Below, in pieces: positions 46,470-55,283 of a DNA stretch of 64,000 nucleotides. This DNA comes from a virus (Duplodnaviria; Caudoviricetes), in the IMG/VR virus record IMGVR_UViG_3300009108_000480, one strand, 5' to 3'. The notes below the pieces were generated by a model that worked only from the letters and a program-made list of their open reading frames with translations, was not told the DNA's origin and searched no databases. The position numbers and the translations under genes are program-made. The stretch's first letter is position 1; each line of letters starts with the position of its first letter.

Positions 46470-47450
46470 TTACGTTGTGGTATTACTTACAACTGCACTT
46501 GAGGCAATCGACGCTACTGACGCCAACCCTTGTGCTGTCGTTGGATTCATTGTATGAGTAGCAAAATCTGTTATACCAATAAATTCTGCATTTACATCAA
46601 CTGAACTTAAATTACCAGAAGTGTAAGCCGCATCTGTGGTATCTACATCATTTAATGTGTATTTCATTGTTACTGTAACTGCTGTACCAATTGCCGCATC
46701 TAATTTTGCTTCTACTTGAACAAACATTGTAGTATACGTACCTGAACTTTGTGTAAGTTTTATTAATGTTGCATAACTCGTACTTAAATCTCTAACACCA
46801 GTTGTAGAACCGTCTGTTGTTAACGTTTCTCCAGATCCTGATCTACTTGATGTTGTTTGTTTTAAATCAAAGTTACCAATTGCTGTAATTAATTCATCGA
46901 CTGAACTATCTTTTGATGTTGCAGTTGAACCACCTGCTGTTCCACCACTATTTCTAGTAAATTTCATTCTCATTTTTCCGCCTGAATTAAAAAAGTGTCT
47001 TAAATCTGTGTTATTTGAAAATGTAATTGAATGTTCTACTACGTGTGTACCATTCCATCTTGTACTTGAAACTGAACTTTGTAATTCTGCTGATTCCGAT
47101 ACGGCTGTTGCATTTGGACATCCTGCCGCAACTGATGCCGCTAGTGTATTTAAATCTGTTTGTATTGCCGCCACTGCCGCAATTGTATTACCAGCTGATC
47201 TTTGTGTTGTTGATGTTATTGAATCATTTGTGTGATTTGCAATATTATCCATCTGTGTAAATAATGAATTCCATTGTGCCGCTGTAATTGTTTGACCTGC
47301 GGCTACTGATACTAAATGAGTTTGCCCTGTGCCGTACTCACCTGCTCCTGTTCCACCTATGTGGTTAATTCCGTATGCTCCTGCTGAACTACCGTTTAAA
47401 AAACTTTCATAGTGATCGTCTAAAATTGAATCCCCTGTTGCGTATGCCAT
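46470..47450 (-). CDS. Probable virion structural protein (Ser/Thr/Ala-rich)
   Basis: 'MAYATGDSI', 'ITAAQWNSL', 'RHFFNSGGKMR'. TAAATA 5 nt upstream; lies in the tail module. Confidence 0.7.
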   Translation of the reverse strand: MAYATGDSILDDHYESFLNGSSAGAYGINHIGGTGAGEYGTGQTHLVSVAAGQTITAAQWNSLFTQMDNIANHTNDSITSTTQRSAGNTIAAVAAIQTDLNTLAASVAAGCPNATAVSESAELQSSVSSTRWNGTHVVEHSITFSNNTDLRHFFNSGGKMRMKFTRNSGGTAGGSTATSKDSSVDELITAIGNFDLKQTTSSRSGSGETLTTDGSTTGVRDLSTSYATLIKLTQSSGTYTTMFVQVEAKLDAAIGTAVTVTMKYTLNDVDTTDAAYTSGNLSSVDVNAEFIGITDFATHTMNPTTAQGLASVASIASSAVVSNTTT

Positions 47451-47454
47451 ATTG

Positions 47455-49104
47455 CTATTTAACTCCTATTACACATTCCGTTAATATTGTATCTACTGAA
47501 TATTTATCCTTTATTAGTCTTCCTAGCACATTAAAAGCCGTACATTCATCAATTGATGCTACTTTTCCTATACCATTTCCTGCTGAAACGATACGATCTC
47601 CAGCATTTCCTTTTCCTTTAATTTTAACAAGTACTCTTCCTTTAAGTGCTATCATTGGATGAGAATCATTATTTCCTGCTTGAGAATTCATTAAAAATGC
47701 CGGAGAATTACTTACAACTCCAAAAACTTTGTCACATAATTCTTTGTTACATTTAGTAACTTCTGCTTCTCCACCTAACATAACAACATCTCCAACTTCC
47801 AATTGCATATCTGACTCATATCTTTCTGCCAAATCCGCATACATGGCACTTGTTGTTTGTGCGTGTACTACATTTGCTCGTATATCAACCAATGTTGCCG
47901 CTGATAATTCAGCTCCATCTCCACCACCTGATTTAAATGCTGTCCAGGCTCCTCCTGCATTTCCGTATAGTGTTGTGCCATCATCTGCAAATGTTTCATC
48001 CCAAACCCAAAATAAATCTTGCTCAGTTGCAACTGACGTTTCACCTCTGTTTACTTTCAAACCTGTGTAGTTTGGCATTCCTGCATTTGAAGAAATATTT
48101 CTGTTTAATTCTATAATATTGTCTTCAACTCTTAATGTTGATGTATTCACCGTAGTTGTTACACCATCAACTGTTAAATTCCCTTTAATTCTTATATCTC
48201 CAACAGTAGGGAGTTCTAATCTTCCTGTTGACCCATCCATTGTCATTATAGTAGTTGTGTCACCACCTTGATTAACTGTAAAAATAATATCTTTATTAAT
48301 AGTAGTTTGTGCGATTGTAAAGTTATCACTGCTCATAGACATTGTAATATCTGAACCTGCACCTAAAATTATTCCTGTATCATTTGCAATAGTAAATGAA
48401 CCAGTAGTACTATCATTTTGATCTGATCTCAAATAATTTGCCGCCGCAACTCCGCCTAATTTATCTGAATCTGTTGCAAGTCCTCTAAATTTTACATTTG
48501 CAACTGACGATGATAATTGAATACCTTGTGATATTGTAGAAAATCCTGCTGTAATTAAAGCCGCAGAATTTGTTTCAGTTGCGTGTGGAGTAAATGCTTC
48601 TCCTGATACTACAAACACTACTGTATCTTCCTGTACACCTTTTAATATTGATTTGTTTACTCCTGCATTATCTTGTATGGTTTCACCAATCATTGCTGTT
48701 ACGCCTGATCCTGCAATTGTTGTTGGTCCAATTAATGACCATCCTGTACCTGTATAAACATATAATTGTGTGTTACCTGTATCAAACCATAAATCACCTT
48801 GTGATGCATTAGTAGGTGATGACGTTGAGTTAGTTGTTGATCCTACTGGTTTCCATTTTGTACCAGTATAGATATTAATTTGTTTATTTGTTTGATCGTA
48901 CCACAGCTGACCTGTTATTTTATTTGACGGTGCCGATGTATTATTAAAATTTTCAAGAAGTTTTACGAAATTTTCATTTAATTTCTCACCAAATCCTGCA
49001 TAACCTTTTCCAAAGAGTGCAAGATCCGTAGTAGTGGTATCTAACGTACCGTCTGCTAATGAAACTATTTTAGTTCCAAATGTGTTGTTTATTTCGTAAG
49101 CCAT
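47455..49104 (-). CDS. Tail fibre/baseplate-associated protein with C-terminal YADLAE domain
   Basis: Shared N-terminal module (GKGYAGFGE..NENFVKLLENF, GQLWYD). C-terminal 'SAMYADLAERY...GDVV...GVVS..PAFLMN' resembles an intramolecular chaperone/Peptidase_G2. Confidence 0.75.
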   Translation of the reverse strand: MAYEINNTFGTKIVSLADGTLDTTTTDLALFGKGYAGFGEKLNENFVKLLENFNNTSAPSNKITGQLWYDQTNKQINIYTGTKWKPVGSTTNSTSSPTNASQGDLWFDTGNTQLYVYTGTGWSLIGPTTIAGSGVTAMIGETIQDNAGVNKSILKGVQEDTVVFVVSGEAFTPHATETNSAALITAGFSTISQGIQLSSSVANVKFRGLATDSDKLGGVAAANYLRSDQNDSTTGSFTIANDTGIILGAGSDITMSMSSDNFTIAQTTINKDIIFTVNQGGDTTTIMTMDGSTGRLELPTVGDIRIKGNLTVDGVTTTVNTSTLRVEDNIIELNRNISSNAGMPNYTGLKVNRGETSVATEQDLFWVWDETFADDGTTLYGNAGGAWTAFKSGGGDGAELSAATLVDIRANVVHAQTTSAMYADLAERYESDMQLEVGDVVMLGGEAEVTKCNKELCDKVFGVVSNSPAFLMNSQAGNNDSHPMIALKGRVLVKIKGKGNAGDRIVSAGNGIGKVASIDECTAFNVLGRLIKDKYSVDTILTECVIGVK

Positions 49105-49289
49105 TATTCTGCGTCCCTTATGTCAACTAACATTGTAACATCACCGAATACTTCAATTAATATTTCAGATAAAAATATTGGAACTTTACTATTGACTATT
49201 GAATTTCTAAGCGTATCTCTTTCTTCAGGAGTTAATGCTACTGACATATTTGCATTAATATAATCTGCACATTCTTGTTTAGTTATCAT
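49104..49289 (-). CDS. Small hypothetical protein, paralog of 49286..49525
   Basis: MITKQECADYINA versus MVTKAEVTEYIDA. Confidence 0.7.
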   Translation of the reverse strand: MITKQECADYINANMSVALTPEERDTLRNSIVNSKVPIFLSEILIEVFGDVTMLVDIRDAE

Positions 49290-49525
49290 GAACTATTACT
49301 CCTATTCTTTGCAATTTTTTTCACCATTGAAGCTTCACCAATTAATTTCTGTAATATTGTTGCAACTTCTGGTGACATCCATTCCTGAATTACAGAAAGT
49401 CTATTACCTACATAAAATTTTTCAACAAAATGCTGTTGTTCCCGCCAAAAAATGTGATTTGCGTCACCTTCTTCACCAACAAATTGTGCATCAATATATT
49501 CTGTAACTTCTGCTTTTGTTACCAT
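49286..49525 (-). CDS. Small hypothetical protein
   Basis: SD AAGGAG; TAAATA at 49550-49545. Confidence 0.75.
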   Translation of the reverse strand: MVTKAEVTEYIDAQFVGEEGDANHIFWREQQHFVEKFYVGNRLSVIQEWMSPEVATILQKLIGEASMVKKIAKNRSNSS

Positions 49526-49547
49526 TTAGATGTCTCCTTATGCATAT

Positions 49548-51629
49548 TTATTTTCCTTTTATTCCTGCTAGAATGTACAATATTCCAAATACTGTCCACA
49601 TACTATATCCAAGTGTTACCGATTTTGTATCTGTTGTAGTATTTGTAGTTTTACCAATTAAACGGCTTAACCATAGTCCAAATTTCATTATCATTCTACC
49701 TGCTTTGCTATCTTCTGGTAATGTTCCCATTCTATAAGCCATATGTTGTGCCCATGGAGTAGCAATTCTCTTTGCCCAACTTATAGCAAGAGCTTTTTGC
49801 TTCTCACCTCGTGCTTTTTTGTCTCTAATCCAAAACATACATTGTGGACCTTCTTTATCCATCCATTCAACTACAACACTTGCCCATTTGACATAACCAA
49901 AATATGCATAAGGATCGTTCTCACGTAACCACTCTCCAAATTTTTGATCTGCTGTGTATACTTCTTGTGGTAGATAACCTAGCTCGAATAATTTTGTACA
50001 AATAATTTTTGGTTTATTGTGAACACAATATCTATCTGCAAAGTAAGAATGATCTCCTGACACTTCAAAATTATACAATGATAAATCTTTATTTTCAGTC
50101 TCTTTTGATTCTATTGATTTTATTCTTATCATTCCATCTAATGTTTGTATATAATCTCCAATGCTTAATGCACCACTTTCCAATTCATTATATAATTTTG
50201 TTGCTTTTGGATTAATTGATTTCCATCCTTCTTTTGTCCAAAATGGGTGTTCATCAGTAACAAAGAAATTATTACTTCCATTAAAAGCATATAATCGTTG
50301 ATTACCTAAAGTACTAGGTTTTAAAGCGATAACTTCATTATCACTAGTTTTTCCTTTTAGCATATCACCAACTATTACATCTTCAATTTTTATATCTGTG
50401 CCATCTGCCATACGAACCATGGTACCTGCAATGAAACAAGAGTCAGATTTTGTTTCCTTGCAATAACCTTTTACTACTTGCCCATTTGGATCGTTAAGAT
50501 TGTAATCAGCTGGCCAACTACCAGTTTGACATTTATGGGGTGGAACTGGTCTTGATTCTCCACCGCCTCCGGGTGGATTAGCCACTTCTGCTGGAGTGGC
50601 TGGTATAGAACCTCTAACTCCTACCGTACCTGACGTTGTTGAGCCAGTGTCGTCACCAAATCCTGCATAGTTTATAGAAAAATTTACATCGTTAGCAAAT
50701 AAGGCTTTCCATACTCCTGAAACTTTTGTGTATCCTGCAACAAGTGATTTCCATGTTCCTGAAACTTTTTTATGTATTCCTGTAATTTTTTTCCATACAC
50801 CACCAACTTTATAATGTGCTTCTGCTGGTATTGTAAAAATTAAAACTGCTTTTCCGTTTCCACCTGTTTGGGCATGAGCTCCACCTTCTGCTATACCTGA
50901 TGCATAATAACTTACTGCGGTTCCGCCTGGTGTTACACCTGAACCATTAGCTTGAGATCCACCTGCTGGTACAGTATTTGATCCTGCTCTTCCACCAAAT
51001 GCTCCTATATCTCCTGTATCAGCTGATCCGCCTTTTCCGCCATCGGCTCCACCGCCTCCAGCACCTGCACCACCACCTTCTGCACTATGATGGGCACCAT
51101 TTTCTCCTAATGTTCCTGTTGCGTTTGCTGTGGCACTATTTGTATTAGATCCAGCGGCTCCACCTGACTTGGCACCGCCACCGCCACCGCCAGCACCACC
51201 CCCAGCTATGGCTACTATTGTATTGTCAATTGCTTGTCCATTTGTGAATACTGTTACAACTGTGGCTCCGCCACCGCCACCTCCTGATCCTGAGGGATTG
51301 TTTGGCCCTGCCGCACCACCTACACCACCTGAATAGGCTGATAAACTTTTTCCATTTTCTCCACCTTCAGCTCCAGCACCACTTGATCCACCAGCACCAC
51401 CTCCACCTACTGTAACGCTAATATTTTTGACGCCTGCATATGAAGATATATCTAAATTTGTTACTGTAACATATTGGCCAGATGATCCCGGTCCACCATC
51501 TCCAACATCATCACCTCCGCCACCTCCGGCACCACCCCATAAATGTAATGTAAGTGTTGTCGTTCCATGCGGGACTTCGGCTATATGAACTCCACCTGTG
51601 TATATGAATTCTTTGATTATAGTGCTCAT
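49548..51629 (-). CDS. Gly-rich tail-associated protein with Hint domain and C-terminal domain
   Basis: WGGAGGGGG repeats, 3x KVxGxWK, then Hint (CFIAGT...TDEHP...YNFEV...VHN), then 'KIICTKL' domain with a hydrophobic end. Confidence 0.85.
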   Translation of the reverse strand: MSTIIKEFIYTGGVHIAEVPHGTTTLTLHLWGGAGGGGGDDVGDGGPGSSGQYVTVTNLDISSYAGVKNISVTVGGGGAGGSSGAGAEGGENGKSLSAYSGGVGGAAGPNNPSGSGGGGGGATVVTVFTNGQAIDNTIVAIAGGGAGGGGGGAKSGGAAGSNTNSATANATGTLGENGAHHSAEGGGAGAGGGGADGGKGGSADTGDIGAFGGRAGSNTVPAGGSQANGSGVTPGGTAVSYYASGIAEGGAHAQTGGNGKAVLIFTIPAEAHYKVGGVWKKITGIHKKVSGTWKSLVAGYTKVSGVWKALFANDVNFSINYAGFGDDTGSTTSGTVGVRGSIPATPAEVANPPGGGGESRPVPPHKCQTGSWPADYNLNDPNGQVVKGYCKETKSDSCFIAGTMVRMADGTDIKIEDVIVGDMLKGKTSDNEVIALKPSTLGNQRLYAFNGSNNFFVTDEHPFWTKEGWKSINPKATKLYNELESGALSIGDYIQTLDGMIRIKSIESKETENKDLSLYNFEVSGDHSYFADRYCVHNKPKIICTKLFELGYLPQEVYTADQKFGEWLRENDPYAYFGYVKWASVVVEWMDKEGPQCMFWIRDKKARGEKQKALAISWAKRIATPWAQHMAYRMGTLPEDSKAGRMIMKFGLWLSRLIGKTTNTTTDTKSVTLGYSMWTVFGILYILAGIKGK
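50016..50438 (-). other. Hint (intein-like, BIL/PT-HINT type) domain, 141 aa, no endonuclease
   Basis: Block A C1, block B TxxH, block F YNFEV, block G HN. The +1 residue is Lys, not C/S/T. Confidence 0.85.
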
Positions 51630-51638
51630 AAAGGATTA

Positions 51639-53042
51639 TTAAGTCTCCCTTACAAACCAAAAGTCTCCGTCGTTACCATCACCTGATGTTGGATTAGAGG
51701 TTGAAACAGTTTTTGCTGAACCGCCCCATAAGTCACCAAATGTAACCACGGCACCAATGGTTGGTACGTTTAAATTAGATGTATCACCCTCAGCAATTGT
51801 TCCTACTGCCGCCAATGTTGCTGTTGTAACTTTAACGTTACCTGCCGCAGTAGTTTTTAAAACTTTTTCTTTTGCCGCATTACCATCAGCTGTGGCATCT
51901 GCTAATCTAATTACTTGTGAATATGATCCTGTTACTCCAGCACTCCAAAATGTTTCTGATGTATCCCAAAACATTCTTGCTTCAGAGCCTGATCCTCTTT
52001 CAACAATTAATCCACCATCAACGTTTGTTGCATTTCCTTCATTTAATCCGATAAATGCATCTACATATGTAGATACATCAACTGATGCTTTATCGTAAGA
52101 TCCAGTAATTGTTAAATTTCCTGTAATTGTTGTATTACCTGTTAAAGTAATATCACCACTTGAACCTGTAAATACTAAAGGAGTTTTTGTTACTCCTCCA
52201 TCATTAATTGTAAATGACAAATCTTTATTATTTGATGTTTGAGCAATTGTAACGTTATTACTTGCAACTGTTATTGATAATTCTTGTGCATCACCAACAA
52301 TTAATCCTGTATCTGCATCAATTGTTATTGCGCCAGTTGTTGTATCTGCCGCATTTGATCTTAAAAAGTGAGCACCTCCTTGTACAGCCGCACTTGGATC
52401 ACCAGAATTGGTAGTGTCAGTTGAATCAAGTGCCGTTGCCGACGTAGTTGTTCCTGAAAATACAGCACCTAATGTAGAATTTAATGTAATTCCTACATAT
52501 ATTACAGCAAATCCAGTTTGAGTTATTGTTGGTGTAAATGTTTCTTTAGATAAAATTGCAACTCTAGTATTTCCTACGTACATAGAAGAAACAACTTTGT
52601 TTCCGCCTGAACTTCCAAGTGTTTCAATATACCATCCTGATAATGTTTGTCCTGACGTGTAAACTGGTCCTAATAATGTCCAAGCACTACCAGTATAAAA
52701 ATATATTTGATCATCGTCAGTATCATGATAAAAATCTCCTGCTGATGCAGTAACTGGTGCGGTAGCTTGTGATTTTGCACCACCTGTTGGTTTAAATGAT
52801 GTACCATCATAAACTTTTAATTGTGCTGTTGTAGTATCAAAAAATAATTCACCTGTTATCGGTGCTGTTGGTTGTGCCGTTGAGGCTGAATTCTCTAATA
52901 ATTTTAAAAGATTTTCATTTAATAATTCACCAAATCCTGAATAACTTTTTCCAAAAAGCGTTAATGATGTTGAATTATCAATTGTACCATCTGTTATTGT
53001 AGCTACTACTGAGCCGTCTGTTTTGTTTATTGTATAAGCCAT
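51639..53042 (-). CDS. Tail fibre/baseplate-associated protein, paralog lacking the YADLAE domain
   Basis: Same N-terminal module (MAYTINKTDG...ENLLKLLENS). Ends in 'GDGNDGDFWF'. Confidence 0.75.
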   Translation of the reverse strand: MAYTINKTDGSVVATITDGTIDNSTSLTLFGKSYSGFGELLNENLLKLLENSASTAQPTAPITGELFFDTTTAQLKVYDGTSFKPTGGAKSQATAPVTASAGDFYHDTDDDQIYFYTGSAWTLLGPVYTSGQTLSGWYIETLGSSGGNKVVSSMYVGNTRVAILSKETFTPTITQTGFAVIYVGITLNSTLGAVFSGTTTSATALDSTDTTNSGDPSAAVQGGAHFLRSNAADTTTGAITIDADTGLIVGDAQELSITVASNNVTIAQTSNNKDLSFTINDGGVTKTPLVFTGSSGDITLTGNTTITGNLTITGSYDKASVDVSTYVDAFIGLNEGNATNVDGGLIVERGSGSEARMFWDTSETFWSAGVTGSYSQVIRLADATADGNAAKEKVLKTTAAGNVKVTTATLAAVGTIAEGDTSNLNVPTIGAVVTFGDLWGGSAKTVSTSNPTSGDGNDGDFWFVRET

Positions 53043-53057
53043 AATTTATACCCGTAT

Positions 53058-54545
53058 TTATTGTCTCCCTACACTTATTAAAATGACGCTTTCTTCTGCT
53101 CCAACATAGTCTTCCATTGCTTTTCCTATAATAGATCCAATTTTTGGAGAGAATGCTTTTTTGGCACATCCTGGATGTTGTCCACACGTTGTTAAAAGAT
53201 CACCTTTATTAATAGTGCCATGTACTTTACATTTAACTTTTCCTACAAGTGCAACTGCCTGTCCTTCTGACTCGTCATTCATTAAGTAAGCAGGATTTTC
53301 ACTTATTACTCCTGCTACTCTTGTATCTTCTGCTATTGTTGATTGTGTAATTTCTTTATCTCCTCCAAATATAACAACTGTACCTATGTCATACTCAGAA
53401 TCTGATGTATATTTTTCTGCCAAGTCAGCGTATTGAGCCGATGTTGCTTTGGCGTAAACTGTATTATATCCTAATAATGATGTTCCAATATCATATGTAG
53501 CATCAGCTGATGGTGTTATTGCTTGAGATATTAATGTACCTGTCATAGTACCACCTGCTAATGGCATATCTAAACTTGCTGTACCTGTTATGTTTCCTGT
53601 AATTGCTCCTACAAATTCTGTGGCTGTAACTGTACCCGAAACTTCTAATTTTGTTGATGGTGTTAATGTACCAATTCCTACTCTTGATTCAGAACCATCA
53701 ATAGTCATTACAGGAGTTGTTACTCCGCCATCATTAACTTTAAATGTGATATCTGTATCTTGTATTGTATTTGAAATAATTGCTCCACTACTATCAACTG
53801 TAAGAGATAAATCACTATCTATTCCTACTGTCATTCCTGAATCTGTTACAATTCCTAATGTACCAGTTGTTGTATCGTTTGCATTTGATCTCAAATAATT
53901 TACCGCCGTAACTCCGCCTAATTTATCTGAGTCAGTTGATGTACCTGCAAATTTGATATCTGTAATTGCTGTTGAAAGTGTTATACCTTTTGTAACTGTT
54001 GCAAATCCTGATATGGCCGCTTTTGGTGTAAAACTATCTTCTGAAATAATTGCAATTAAATTTCCGTCATTATACCATTTAGTAATATTTTGATTAGCAT
54101 CTGTTGAATCTAAAATTGTATCATATGTAAATCCATTTGTAGTACCCGTACCTGCAGGTGGGCCTACTAATATATTTGTTGTTCCGTTATAAAAATACAT
54201 TTGGCCAGTATCTGAATCTATCCAAATATCTCCTGACACTTGTGCCGACGGTGCTGTTGATTGATACGATGCTCCACCTAATGGTCCCCAACTAGTTCCG
54301 TTATAAACTTTTAATCTTGAATTTGTTGAATCATACCAAAGTTGTCCTATAATTGGTTTTGTTGGTGCACTTGTATTTGAAAAATTTTCTAATAAATGTA
54401 AAAAGTTTTCAGCAATATTTTCTCCATATCCTGCATATCCTTTTCCAATTAAACTTAAATCAGTTTGTGTATTAACTACACCATCCTGAACTGTGTAAGC
54501 ATTTGGTGATGCTGAACTATTAGTTTTGTTTACAGTATAAGGCAT
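53058..54545 (-). CDS. Tail fibre/baseplate-associated protein with C-terminal YADLAE domain
   Basis: Same N-terminal module, 'NYLRSNANDTTTG', 'SAQYADLAEKY'. Confidence 0.75.
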   Translation of the reverse strand: MPYTVNKTNSSASPNAYTVQDGVVNTQTDLSLIGKGYAGYGENIAENFLHLLENFSNTSAPTKPIIGQLWYDSTNSRLKVYNGTSWGPLGGASYQSTAPSAQVSGDIWIDSDTGQMYFYNGTTNILVGPPAGTGTTNGFTYDTILDSTDANQNITKWYNDGNLIAIISEDSFTPKAAISGFATVTKGITLSTAITDIKFAGTSTDSDKLGGVTAVNYLRSNANDTTTGTLGIVTDSGMTVGIDSDLSLTVDSSGAIISNTIQDTDITFKVNDGGVTTPVMTIDGSESRVGIGTLTPSTKLEVSGTVTATEFVGAITGNITGTASLDMPLAGGTMTGTLISQAITPSADATYDIGTSLLGYNTVYAKATSAQYADLAEKYTSDSEYDIGTVVIFGGDKEITQSTIAEDTRVAGVISENPAYLMNDESEGQAVALVGKVKCKVHGTINKGDLLTTCGQHPGCAKKAFSPKIGSIIGKAMEDYVGAEESVILISVGRQ

Positions 54546-54547
54546 CC

Positions 54548-55273
54548 TTAATATCCTGTGTTGCTACCTGCCGTTGTTCCACTTACAGTATTTGATGTGC
54601 TTATTGCAGTTGAACTCGTTTCAGTAAATGTTGTTAATGATTGTATTCTTAAAGTATAATCAATTTGAATTAATCTGTTTAATGATTTTTGTACTGGGTG
54701 AAATATAACGTGTGTTAATAATTTATTTGTTGAACCATTTTCTGTTCCTTCCCAACTTTTTAATCCTAATTCATCAAACACATAATCGCCATTAAAATTT
54801 GTTGTATTGTCAAATGCTGATTGCCCTGTTGGCTCTCCATAATCTAACGTGCAAGTACAAACTATATCAGTATATTTGTTTCCTGCTGTGTGTCGTACTT
54901 CCATTTTATTTCTTGTTGTATCTTTATTAGTAGATGAATTATCATCTACTACTTTATAATATGTTTGATTATATAATGTTGCACTTGTACCTGTGCTATT
55001 TGGCGTTAAGTAAGTTATAATTCCTGTTGGATCTACTGAAGTACCCCCATTACCAAAAGCCATTTCATGTACAAATCCTGTTGTTTTATTTGCTAATGAA
55101 TTTGCTAATGCCTGAGACATATTTTCATAATGAATAGCATTACTTTTATCCACTATTACTTCACCGGTTTCTGGATCAAATATTTTAATATGTCCAGTCA
55201 TCATGACTCCGCTATGATCTTGTGGCTTTTTATTTTCTTCTATATGCTCGTTTTGTTTAGATTCTTCAGTCAT
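54548..55273 (-). CDS. Probable baseplate/virion structural protein
   Basis: 'GHIKIFDPETGEVIVDKSNAIHYEN', 'FDELGL', 'HPVQKSLNR'. Start moved to 55273, 7 nt after TAAATA. Confidence 0.7.
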   Translation of the reverse strand: MTEESKQNEHIEENKKPQDHSGVMMTGHIKIFDPETGEVIVDKSNAIHYENMSQALANSLANKTTGFVHEMAFGNGGTSVDPTGIITYLTPNSTGTSATLYNQTYYKVVDDNSSTNKDTTRNKMEVRHTAGNKYTDIVCTCTLDYGEPTGQSAFDNTTNFNGDYVFDELGLKSWEGTENGSTNKLLTHVIFHPVQKSLNRLIQIDYTLRIQSLTTFTETSSTAISTSNTVSGTTAGSNTGY

Positions 55274-55283
55274 CTTATTGTAT

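Noticed and set aside
50016-50438. Canonical protein-splicing intein / mobile element
   Set aside because: The residue after the terminal Asn is Lys and there is no homing endonuclease, so it is treated as a cleavage-type Hint domain.
51600-51700. Programmed frameshift or readthrough joining 51639..53042 to the Gly-rich Hint gene
   Set aside because: No slippery sequence or downstream structure is visible, and the second gene has its own ATG 9 nt later.
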